From NCBI GenBank assembly GCA_024277605.1, contig JAJRUU010000063.1:1-36718 (forward strand): a DNA stretch of 36,718 bases. The letters run 5' to 3'. This stretch comes from a bacterium. Lineage in GTDB: Bacteria; SZUA-182; SZUA-191; JAJRXT01. Under the pieces are notes generated by a model. That model was not told the origin of the DNA. It saw only the letters and a program-made list of their open reading frames with translations, and ran no database searches. Of this stretch, positions 9,295-16,635 are shown in pieces. How positions within the stretch are numbered: position 1 is the stretch's first letter; every line of letters starts with the position of its first letter. A program made the translations under genes and the position numbers.

Positions 9295-9606
9295 ATGAGT
9301 AACCACAATACAACCATCCAACTCCATAAAGATACTGCGTTAAGGTTAATACACAGAAATCTAAAAAATGGAAAATTTGTCCTTAGAGAACACTTCAAAG
9401 ACAGGCTAAACGAAAGAAACCTATACACTCAGGACGCTATTTATGTGTTAGAAAATGGCATCATAATTGCGGAACCAAGGTTTGATGATAAATTGAAAAA
9501 CCATAGTTACAAGGTTGAAGGATATACTGTTGACGATGAGTGGCTGGCTGTGGTTGTAGCGTTAGACGATGATAAGATTATTTTCATAACTACTTTTGAT
9601 GACTAA
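9295..9606 (+). CDS. DUF4258-like small protein, putative toxin of a TAC module
   Basis: 103-aa ORF. 'LREHFKDRLNERNLYTQDAIYVLENGIII...YKVEGYTVDDEWLAVVVALDDDKIIFITTF' fits the DUF4258 pattern (H...R..eR.i....i..vl..G.i.......g..l.vVv......i.viTv). It ends 14 nt upstream of the antitoxin-like gene. Confidence 0.7.
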   Translation: MSNHNTTIQLHKDTALRLIHRNLKNGKFVLREHFKDRLNERNLYTQDAIYVLENGIIIAEPRFDDKLKNHSYKVEGYTVDDEWLAVVVALDDDKIIFITTFDD

Positions 9607-9620
9607 CAGGAGGTGTTTTT

Positions 9621-10205
9621 GTGAACTGTCCAACATGTGGTGGCAACATGACAGAGACAAAAAGGGATTATAAGTATACTGAATCAGGGTTAGATAACAT
9701 CACATTAGAAAACCTTACCATGCTCGTCTGTGGGTGTGGGGAAGAAATGCCGGTAATTTCCAACATTTTAGACGTGCATAGGGACATCGCCCTGGAAATA
9801 ATCAAGAAGAACGCTCCGTTAACTGGCCCGGAAATCAGGTTTCTAAGGAAAGAAATGAGGATTAATGGAACGGTTTTTGGCGAGATGCTGGGAGTTCGCA
9901 ACGTTACAGTTTCCAGGTGGGAAACAGGTGAGGTATCAATTGGCTCAGTAAGTGACAAGCTAATACGTTACCTTTTTGTTAATAAAATGGGAAGCAAAGA
10001 AAATAAATTAATACAAATTGATATTCCTGAGGGAAACCTGCAAGCATCACAAGAAATCCAAGTTATGATTGCCGTGGATGACCTAATGACAACACAAGAT
10101 ATTGAAACGACAGCTTTTGCGTATAGTGCAGGATGTGAGGGTTTTTATCGTTATCGATTTCAACCAGCGGATGCTACTTTAGATGAGTTGCCATATGCCG
10201 CCTAA
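9621..10205 (+). CDS. MqsA/YgiT-type zinc-ribbon + HTH antitoxin with long C-terminal extension
   Basis: 194-aa ORF with a GTG start after an AGGAGG SD. It has an N-terminal 'CPTCGG...CGCGEE' zinc ribbon and an Xre-type HTH 'LTGPEIRFLRKEMRINGTVFGEMLGVRNVTVSRWETGE'. About 75 extra residues follow the HTH, ending 'GFYRYRFQPADATLDELPYAA'. Confidence 0.8.
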   Translation: MNCPTCGGNMTETKRDYKYTESGLDNITLENLTMLVCGCGEEMPVISNILDVHRDIALEIIKKNAPLTGPEIRFLRKEMRINGTVFGEMLGVRNVTVSRWETGEVSIGSVSDKLIRYLFVNKMGSKENKLIQIDIPEGNLQASQEIQVMIAVDDLMTTQDIETTAFAYSAGCEGFYRYRFQPADATLDELPYAA

Positions 10206-10620
10206 AAAAGATCAATTTAAAATGACCTTTGACGGTATTAGAGTTTTAAATATCAATTTTTCTACAGACCAGGATTTTGGCGAAAAGGGTTTTTTTGATA
10301 TTAATGCCCAAATATCATTAAAACATAAATACATTGAGGAGCAAAAAAAGTTATTGATAAATCTACAAGTTGCCCTTCCGAAAGGGGAAGCCCCTTTTTC
10401 ATTTCATGTGGAAAGTGTAGGCACGTTTACCTTTCAAGAAAATCCAGAAAAAACCACCATTGAAAGGATTGCAAGAATAAATTGCCCCGCAATTATGTTC
10501 CCTTATTCAAGAGAACTTATTGCTGACCTTACCCGCAGAGCAGGCTTTCCTCCTCTTCATATTCCACCTATCAACTTTATTGCCCTATCAGCGCAGTCAG
10601 ATAAGCCCGAAAACAAATGA
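10183..10620 (+). CDS. SecB-like chaperone (TAC chaperone candidate)
   Basis: 145-aa ORF. 'MTFDGIRVLNINFS' and 'INCPAIMFPYSRELIADLTRRAGFPPLHIPPINFIAL' align by eye with E. coli SecB 'MTFQIQRIYTKDISF' and '[36 protein letters not shown]'. The start is uncertain: in-frame ATGs lie at 10183, 10195 and 10222, and the first two overlap the antitoxin stop at 10203-10205. Confidence 0.8.
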   Translation: MSCHMPPKKDQFKMTFDGIRVLNINFSTDQDFGEKGFFDINAQISLKHKYIEEQKKLLINLQVALPKGEAPFSFHVESVGTFTFQENPEKTTIERIARINCPAIMFPYSRELIADLTRRAGFPPLHIPPINFIALSAQSDKPENK

Positions 10621-10679
10621 GAGTCTGGCAACATAACGGTAGTGGATTGTCCGCAGAATTCCGGGGACAGCATACTTAA

Positions 10680-12260
10680 TTATTGGCTCAGATTATTCAT
10701 AAAGCAATAGGGGTCTTTTTCGGTAAAAATATCTTGTCTGAAGCTATGAGCGATTGCCATACACCCGCCGCAGACATGCCGAATGACACAACCCCGGCAA
10801 GCATTACAGCCGGTGCGGTATTTGTTGGCGGCGGCTGAATCATAAACTTCCGCTATTTTCTGGCTGATTACATTTCCGATAGGTGAGGGGAATTTGCGGC
10901 AGGCATGGGCTTTGCCATCGGGGAGTATAGCGATAAAGTTAAAGGCTGCCCCGCAGCCATAGCCGGTGCAGCCGCTGAGCAGGGGTTCATTCATCTGGTG
11001 GCGCAGGATATTAAACAGATTATCCTTGTAATACAATAGGGGGTTTTGCCTGGCGGCCTTGGTGTAGGCGGCTAAAAACGCCGTATAAGCTGCTTTATCA
11101 GGTAATTCAAGCCCAGCCCCTTCACCCACCTGTGACAGGCGGTTAAAGGTGAATGAATCAGCCACCCCTTGTAACTCATCAGCCAGCGGCAGCACTTGAT
11201 CTATATTGTCTTTGGTTAAGGTCAGCATAACCGAGGCAAAAATCCCCAGCTCTTTTAAGAGCGGCAGAAAGTTCATCACCCGCTCATAATGCCCCGCACC
11301 GCGTATCTCATCATTATGTTCGCCTAATCCCTCCAGACTCACTTGAAAAAACCGGGGGTTCTGAATCGATAATAATGCTTCAAGCTGTTTTCGGGGGGTC
11401 GGGTTTCCCAGAATCGACAGGGAAAAACCATAATCTGCGGCGGCCCGGTACAGCTCGCTGAATCGGGGATAGAGGAAGGGGTTGCCGCCGGTAAAGGTTA
11501 CCTGCCCCCGCACAGAGCGTGTTTTACAGAAATCATAGAGGTCGTCAAGCACTTTAAGCGCAGCATCGAATTGCAGCGGTGATGGTTGGCTGCGGTCATA
11601 GCAGTGCTTGCACGCAAGGTCACAGGCGTTGGTGATATGCCACTGGATAGCAAAGACGGGGGCGGCCAGAAATTTATCAGCGGGTGGCTTTTCGGCTTTA
11701 TATGTTCTGGGATCACGACGAATACGAGTTGCTGGAGAAAGTAAAATACCTTTTTGAAGCGCCTGATAAACGGCCTTATCAATAACCCCGACGGGAACCT
11801 GATTTGCCCGGGCAGCGTCTTTAACATCAATGCCTTCGGCCACCAGCTTTATTGCCAGCAGGTCATCCTGGGTAGCTTGCTTATGCTGAACCTCATCTTG
11901 CGGATTGCGCCAGATGAGCACCCATTCTTCCCCCGCTTGAGGCTTGGCGGGGGATGAGTCAGCTTTCAGTTTAAGCGCAGATGACAGTTTCCATGATAAG
12001 TGCAGTAGCTCAAGGCTTGGATTCAGCATAAGCTGCTGCACATTTTCGGGGACGGCGATAATTCTTGATTTGACCCGCCAACAGGCTCTTTCCAAGCGGG
12101 CCAGATCGGGCAGATAAGCCGGAAGCTTCTCAGTATGAAGCTTTTGTGCCAGGCGCTCAGGTAATAAAAGTGCATCTTCACAGGAGGCGGCCAGCTTCTG
12201 CCAGGCACATTCACCCATATGCTTGATACACAGTGGATAAACATCGCTAAACAAGTTCAA
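10680..12260 (-). CDS. Radical SAM / SPASM-domain peptide-modifying enzyme with about 200-aa N-terminal extra domain
   Basis: 526-aa ORF with a TTG start at 12258-12260 (the next in-frame ATG is at codon 15). It has a CxxxCxxC cluster 'NACDLACKHCY' and the Cys-rich C-terminus 'SGCTGYGCGAA...GKAHACRKF...GCNACRGCVIRHVCGGCMA...DPYCF' typical of SPASM auxiliary clusters. The N-terminal domain contains 'LPAYLPDLARLERACW', which reminds me of the DUF2063 family. Confidence 0.85.
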   Translation of the reverse strand: MNLFSDVYPLCIKHMGECAWQKLAASCEDALLLPERLAQKLHTEKLPAYLPDLARLERACWRVKSRIIAVPENVQQLMLNPSLELLHLSWKLSSALKLKADSSPAKPQAGEEWVLIWRNPQDEVQHKQATQDDLLAIKLVAEGIDVKDAARANQVPVGVIDKAVYQALQKGILLSPATRIRRDPRTYKAEKPPADKFLAAPVFAIQWHITNACDLACKHCYDRSQPSPLQFDAALKVLDDLYDFCKTRSVRGQVTFTGGNPFLYPRFSELYRAAADYGFSLSILGNPTPRKQLEALLSIQNPRFFQVSLEGLGEHNDEIRGAGHYERVMNFLPLLKELGIFASVMLTLTKDNIDQVLPLADELQGVADSFTFNRLSQVGEGAGLELPDKAAYTAFLAAYTKAARQNPLLYYKDNLFNILRHQMNEPLLSGCTGYGCGAAFNFIAILPDGKAHACRKFPSPIGNVISQKIAEVYDSAAANKYRTGCNACRGCVIRHVCGGCMAIAHSFRQDIFTEKDPYCFMNNLSQ

Positions 12261-12274
12261 GGCACCCTATAGCA

Positions 12275-12523
12275 TTAGCCGCAGGAGGTTTCCCCACTAC
12301 ATGAAGTTCCACTCGCTTTTCCTGAACAAGCGGTCTTTCCCGTTTCTTCTGAGCCAGCGGTTTTTTCCGTTTTTCCTGAGCCAGCGGTTTCCCCCTGTTC
12401 AGTCTTAACTTCCTTTTTGCCTTCGCAGCTTGTGGCACAGCCAACAAGCGCTATTCCACTTGTGGCAATCAGACTCGCCAGACTAATGCGGGCTAACGTT
12501 TTCTTCAGTTCTTTAGGATCCAT
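12275..12523 (-). CDS. 82-aa Cys/Gly/Ser/Thr-rich peptide with lipoprotein-type signal; candidate substrate of the adjacent rSAM/SPASM enzyme
   Basis: The sequence is MDPKELKKTLARISLASLIATSGIALVGC|ATSCEGKKEVKTEQGETAGSGKTEKTAGSEETGKTACSGKASGTSCSGETSCG, followed by TAA. It has a lipobox-like LVGC, a low-complexity repetitive spacer, and four further Cys in (S/A)C(E/S)G contexts. Its stop lies 14 nt before the rSAM start. Confidence 0.7.
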   Translation of the reverse strand: MDPKELKKTLARISLASLIATSGIALVGCATSCEGKKEVKTEQGETAGSGKTEKTAGSEETGKTACSGKASGTSCSGETSCG

Positions 12524-12657
12524 CAGGCGCTCCTCTTAAAAAGGGTTAAACGCATCTGTTAAGGTTGCTTTTGAGTGCATATAGATGATGGAAATTGATG
12601 TGCATTGCCGACACAGCTACACTATACTAAAACGGTAGCATTGGTGTCAAATATTTT

Positions 12658-12679
12658 AACCCGAATAATCGGGTTTTTT
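12658..12679 (+). terminator. Orphan intrinsic-terminator-like hairpin in a divergent intergenic region
   Basis: AACCCGA-ATAA-TCGGGTT is followed by TTTT. No annotated plus-strand gene lies upstream. The stem sequence is the same ACCCGA..TCGGGT hairpin that heads the repeat copies at 17946, 18622 and 33689. Confidence 0.4.
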
Positions 12680-12786
12680 CGACAAATTTTTGTCCAAATT
12701 TTTGTCCAAATTTCATCTATTTTTATATTGCATTATCAATTCAGGTTTGCTATCTTAAACCGGATATTAAAAATGGGAGGTAAGTT

Positions 12787-13251
12787 ATGCGGGATAGGTT
12801 ATGGGGCGTTTTATTATTGGGTGTTGCGGCGGCGGTTTTTGCCAGTGGCTGTGCTACCGGGCAGACCGGGGTGATCTGGGGTTCGGTAATAGATAATAAT
12901 AATAGGGCCATAAGTGGGGCGATGGTAACTACCGATCCTCCCAGTTCGTCAGTATCGACCGATAATCTGGGGCGCTACATATTAAGGTTGGAGAAGGCGG
13001 GCACCTATTCGGTAACCGCCATGATGTTGGGCTATGTGTCTGAACCGACACTGGTGCAGACCCAGAAGGGAGATGTGACCCAGGCGGATCTTAAGCTGTT
13101 GCCGGAAGGGATGGCGCCGGTCTCCAGGATAGTTGTTCCAATGCTGAAGGAGGACCCCCCTGCGGCGGCGGCTGTTACTACTACGACTACAGAAGAATCA
13201 CCGGAAGTGACTACTAAACCGCCTAAGAAAAAGAAATGGTGGGAAAAATAG
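12787..13251 (+). CDS. Lipoprotein with carboxypeptidase-regulatory-like (CarboxypepD_reg) beta-sandwich domain
   Basis: 154-aa ORF with a GGGAGG SD. The signal 'LLLGVAAAVFASGC' carries a lipobox. 'GSVIDNNNRAISGAMVTTDP...TDNLGRYILRLEKAGTYSVTAMMLGY' fits the CarboxypepD_reg pattern. The tail is Thr/Pro/Lys-rich. Confidence 0.7.
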   Translation: MRDRLWGVLLLGVAAAVFASGCATGQTGVIWGSVIDNNNRAISGAMVTTDPPSSSVSTDNLGRYILRLEKAGTYSVTAMMLGYVSEPTLVQTQKGDVTQADLKLLPEGMAPVSRIVVPMLKEDPPAAAAVTTTTTEESPEVTTKPPKKKKWWEK

Positions 13252-13292
13252 AGTGGCTTGCGATTAAGTCTGAATCGTCTATATTTTAATAG

Positions 13293-13318
13293 CCCCGGTG
13301 TTTTCCATCGGGGTTTTT
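13293..13318 (+). terminator. Rho-independent terminator after the lipoprotein gene
   Basis: CCCCGGTG-TTTTC-CATCGGGG forms an 8-bp stem with one G-U pair, followed by TTTTT. Confidence 0.7.
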
Positions 13319-13353
13319 GTTTGTTTTGATCACCGAACACTAACATTTTTGAT

Positions 13354-14907
13354 ATGAAACCAAAATCTATATACAAGGGTAAGGTCTATTTAGTGGGCGC
13401 CGGGCCGGGTGATCCGCAACTGATCAGCCTGCGTGGGCTGGAGTTAATCAGCCAGGCCGAGGTTATCATCTACGATTACCTGTCGAACGCCCAGCTGCTT
13501 AAGGGCGCCTCAGCTGAAGCGGAACTGATCTATGTGGGCAAGAAAGCCAGCCAGCATACGCTGAAGCAGGATCAGATAACCCAGCTAATTGTAGATAAGG
13601 CAAAGGATGGCAAAAGGGTAGTCAGGCTTAAAGGGGGCGATCCCTTTATGTTTGGCCGCGGTGGAGAAGAGGCTGAGGAGTTGGCTGATAATGGCGTCGA
13701 CTTTGAAGTCGTTCCGGGGATAACCTCGGCTATTTCGGTACCGGCTTATGCCGGCATTCCGCTGACCCACCGGGATTATACCTCCGGGGTGGCCTTTTTT
13801 ACCGGGCATGAGGGTGAGGGTAAGGAGTCCTCAAGTATCGATTGGGGAAAAATTTCCACTGGGGTGGGTACGCTGGTTTTCCTGATGGGGGTAGGCAACT
13901 TAGAACACAATGTATCAAAACTGATAGAACATGGCCGGGATCCTAAAACCCCGGTAGCCTTGATTCGCTGGGGTAGCACCCCTAAACAGCAGACGGTGGT
14001 GGGTTGTCTGGAAGATATCGTGGCTAAGGCCAGACAGGCTGAGATAAAACCCCCGGCGATAACCGTGGTGGGGGAAGTGGTGGCTTTGCGTCAGAAATTA
14101 AACTGGTTTGAGCAAAAGCCGCTGTTTAGTAAAGGGGTGGTAGTGACCCGTTCCCGCATGCAGGCCAGTCAGTTATCGACCAGGTTAGCCGAATTGGGGG
14201 CCGAGGTTTTTGAATTCCCCACTATCCAGATCGAGCCGGTTGGTGATTATAAACAGTTGGATGCGGCGCTTGAGCGCTTAGCTGATTATGACTGGCTGAT
14301 TTTTACCAGCGTAAACGGGGTGGAGTATTTTTTAAAACGGCTAAAGAGCAGGGGTAAGGATATAAGGGAGTTAAAGGGAGTTAAACTCTGTGCTATCGGC
14401 CCGGCTACAGCACATGCGCTCGGGGATTTGCATTTACGAGTCGATTATGTGCCGCAAGAGTATAGGGCGGAGGCTATCATTGCCGGGTTAGAACAGCAGG
14501 GCATAAAGGGACAGCGGGTATTAATCCCCAGAGCAAAAGAGGCGCGCCAGATACTGCCAGAGCAACTGACCCAATTGGGGGCCGAGGTAGAAGTAGTGCC
14601 TACCTATAAAACGGTTAAAGCCTCCGCTAATGCCGAGGAGTTAAAAAAACTATTTCGACAAAAAAAAGTGCAGCTGGTTACCTTTACCAGTTCCTCTACG
14701 GTGAATAATTTCGTGGAGTTATTGGGTGAGGAGAATCTGGCGGATTTAATGCACGGGGTGATCGTAGCCAGTATCGGCCCGATTACCGCCAAAACCGCTG
14801 AAAAGCATGGTTTAACATCGCAGATTATGCCCAAGGACTATACCATTTCAGCATTGGTGGCTTCGATTGGCGAACATTTTACTGAATACGAAGAACATGG
14901 TTCTTAA
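13354..14907 (+). CDS. cobA-hemD: Bifunctional uroporphyrinogen-III C-methyltransferase / uroporphyrinogen-III synthase
   Basis: 517-aa ORF. The N-terminal half 'VYLVGAGPGDPQLISLRGLELISQAEVIIYD...RLKGGDPFMFGRGGEE...VPGITSAISVPAYAGIPLTHR' is a SUMT (CobA/CysG) domain. The C-terminal half 'PLFSKGVVVTRSR...LIFTSVNGVEYF' is a HemD domain. Confidence 0.9.
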   Translation: MKPKSIYKGKVYLVGAGPGDPQLISLRGLELISQAEVIIYDYLSNAQLLKGASAEAELIYVGKKASQHTLKQDQITQLIVDKAKDGKRVVRLKGGDPFMFGRGGEEAEELADNGVDFEVVPGITSAISVPAYAGIPLTHRDYTSGVAFFTGHEGEGKESSSIDWGKISTGVGTLVFLMGVGNLEHNVSKLIEHGRDPKTPVALIRWGSTPKQQTVVGCLEDIVAKARQAEIKPPAITVVGEVVALRQKLNWFEQKPLFSKGVVVTRSRMQASQLSTRLAELGAEVFEFPTIQIEPVGDYKQLDAALERLADYDWLIFTSVNGVEYFLKRLKSRGKDIRELKGVKLCAIGPATAHALGDLHLRVDYVPQEYRAEAIIAGLEQQGIKGQRVLIPRAKEARQILPEQLTQLGAEVEVVPTYKTVKASANAEELKKLFRQKKVQLVTFTSSSTVNNFVELLGEENLADLMHGVIVASIGPITAKTAEKHGLTSQIMPKDYTISALVASIGEHFTEYEEHGS

Positions 14908-14918
14908 GTTGGTGATTC

Positions 14919-15278
14919 ATGGAAAAGAAATGTTGTTTGCTTTGTGGAAAGCAATTAGTTGAAGGTAACCCTGGCAATAAATACGGTACAAAAGATGGTA
15001 TGGATTGTATAAGTCGACATCATGTGCTACCTGTCAGGTTTAAAGAGTATTTTTCAACTGAAGAAACATCCAAACTTTTTGGGATTACAGATTCAAACTT
15101 ACAATTTAATTTCTGCTATGAATGTCATGAAGAAGTTCTACATAATGTGGTAGTGAACGAAGGTATCATCCAATCCCTGTCACTACTATTTAATGACAAA
15201 TCAAAGCAAGAAAGAATTAGCATTTTGCATGATGCGGTGAAGGCTGGTGTTGAACAGTTATTGAACAAAGTATCTTAA
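14919..15278 (+). CDS. Small HNH-type (beta-beta-alpha-Me zinc finger) nuclease-like protein
   Basis: 119-aa ORF with 'CLLCGK', 'RHHVLP' and 'NFCYECHEEVLH'. This gives the CxxC...HH...N..CxxCH...H arrangement of HNH endonucleases. Confidence 0.55.
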   Translation: MEKKCCLLCGKQLVEGNPGNKYGTKDGMDCISRHHVLPVRFKEYFSTEETSKLFGITDSNLQFNFCYECHEEVLHNVVVNEGIIQSLSLLFNDKSKQERISILHDAVKAGVEQLLNKVS

Positions 15279-15403
15279 ACTATTTTGATGTTTCGGTCTG
15301 TCCCCAGGCCGAAACTGGCTAAGGCGAGCGTTTCCCTTTGTGTTTTCGGCTTGAAGACAAGCCGAAACATCTGGAAGTGGTTTATTGGTAAACAGGAACA
15401 GAT

Positions 15404-16081
15404 ATGGCACAAAAAAATGGACTGTGGTTTAAGCTAATTGCCGGGCTGGCGTTTGTGGTAATGCCGTTGGCCCTGTGGTGTATATTTGTATATGTGCCTT
15501 CAGAGAAGGTGATGGGGGTGGTGCAGCGCATTTTTGATTTGCACGTTGCCCTGGGGATGAATACCATGCTGGCGTTTACGGTGGTATTTGTGGCCAGCAT
15601 CCTTTACCTATGGCGGGGTGATGAGAAGTTCGATATTGTAGCCCATGCGGCGGCTGAGCTGGGGGTGGTATTTTGCAGTCTGGTGCTGATTACCGGGCCT
15701 ATATGGGCTAAGCCTATCTGGGGTGTGTGGTGGACCTGGGATGCCAGGCTGACCACTACCTTAATCCTGTGGCTGATTTATGTGGCTTATCTTATGTTGC
15801 GCACCGCTGCCCAGGATAGTACGCAGCGGGCCAGGTTCTGCGCTGTGTTCGGTATCATAGGGTATGTGGATGTGCCCATCGTTTATTTTTCCATACACTG
15901 GTGGCGCACTATTCATCCGGTGGTGATGAAATCATCCGGTATCGCTATGGCCCCTGAAATGGTGCGTACCATGTGGGTCAGCATGCTGGCCATGGGCTTG
16001 CTTTTTATAATATTATTGATGTTGAGGATCAGGGTCGGTCAACTGCGATACACTTTAGAAAAAATCAAACACAGCTTGTAG
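15404..16081 (+). CDS. ccmC: Heme exporter protein C (cytochrome c maturation system I)
   Basis: 225-aa polytopic membrane ORF. It carries the Trp-rich heme-handling motif 'WAKPIWGVWWTWDARLTTTLILWL' and flanking conserved His residues. Confidence 0.85.
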   Translation: MAQKNGLWFKLIAGLAFVVMPLALWCIFVYVPSEKVMGVVQRIFDLHVALGMNTMLAFTVVFVASILYLWRGDEKFDIVAHAAAELGVVFCSLVLITGPIWAKPIWGVWWTWDARLTTTLILWLIYVAYLMLRTAAQDSTQRARFCAVFGIIGYVDVPIVYFSIHWWRTIHPVVMKSSGIAMAPEMVRTMWVSMLAMGLLFIILLMLRIRVGQLRYTLEKIKHSL

Positions 16082-16110
16082 CTGGACAGCATATAGCTGG
16101 GAGGGTGTAG

Positions 16111-16257
16111 ATGGAAAATTTAAGCTATCTTTTTGCGGCGTATACAGTGGGATGGGTGGCACTGTGTGGGTACATGTATACAATAGATGCCAAACAGCGC
16201 AGGCTGCAACAGGAGTTGGAATCCCTGGCCAGTAGATTAAATGTTAAGCATGATTGA
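16111..16257 (+). CDS. ccmD: CcmD-like small membrane protein (48 aa, below the ORF-track cutoff)
   Basis: The ATG at 16111 follows a GGGAGGGTG SD. The product is MENLSYLFAAYTVGWVALCGYMYTIDAKQRRLQQELESLASRLNVKHD: one TM helix plus a basic, helical tail. It sits directly after ccmC, as ccmD does. Confidence 0.55.
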   Translation: MENLSYLFAAYTVGWVALCGYMYTIDAKQRRLQQELESLASRLNVKHD

Positions 16258-16294
16258 CCAGCCAAAATTGACCAGTCAAAATTGACCAGTCAAA
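16253..16294 (+). repeat. Three tandem 14-bp repeats, ATTGACCAG(C/T)CAAA
   Basis: The units are 16253-16266, 16267-16280 and 16281-16294. The first overlaps the ccmD stop codon, and the array ends 5 nt before the AAGGAGG SD of the next gene. Confidence 0.8.
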
Positions 16295-16311
16295 AAGATA
16301 AGGAGGTAATT

Positions 16312-16635
16312 ATGAGAGCCAATGATGAGGAACTGGAGCATGGCCGCTTTTTTGCCGTAATCGCTTATCTTGGCATTTTGAGTCTGGTAGCTATCATTTT
16401 CAAAAAGTCGAATAACTTTGCCGTATTTCATGGTAAGCAGGGCTTAATCCTGTTTATTTGGGAAGTCGGCGCCTTGGTGGTGAGCATTATACCAGTGGTT
16501 GGCTCGCTGATCCTGGGGGTATCCTTGCTGGTTTGTTTTATATTCTCGATAATGGGTATAGTACAGGCGTGGCTGGGGGTATACTGGAAGTTGCCGGGCG
16601 CTTTAGGGAGATGGGCCGAACAGCTTGAGCTGTAA
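16312..16635 (+). CDS. Small membrane protein (DUF4870-like)
   Basis: The ATG at 16312 has a strong AAGGAGG SD. The TTG at 16282 used in the track lies inside the tandem repeat. The 107-aa product has 'RFFAVIAYLGILSLVAIIFKKSNNFAVFHGKQGLILFIW' and 2-3 TM helices. Confidence 0.65.
   Translation: MRANDEELEHGRFFAVIAYLGILSLVAIIFKKSNNFAVFHGKQGLILFIWEVGALVVSIIPVVGSLILGVSLLVCFIFSIMGIVQAWLGVYWKLPGALGRWAEQLEL

Noticed and set aside
12275-12523. Selenocysteine-containing precursor (selenobiotic-like) next to the rSAM/SPASM enzyme
   Set aside because: The ORF contains no in-frame TGA and ends in TAA. I saw no obvious SECIS-like hairpin in the 14-nt spacer. If the gene is related to that family, it is a Cys version.
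16253-16294. CRISPR array or other large repeat arrays
   Set aside because: The only tandem arrays are 3 x 14 bp (16253-16294) and about 2.5 x 12 bp (12683-12717), both without spacers. Nothing in the window has CRISPR repeat-spacer periodicity.
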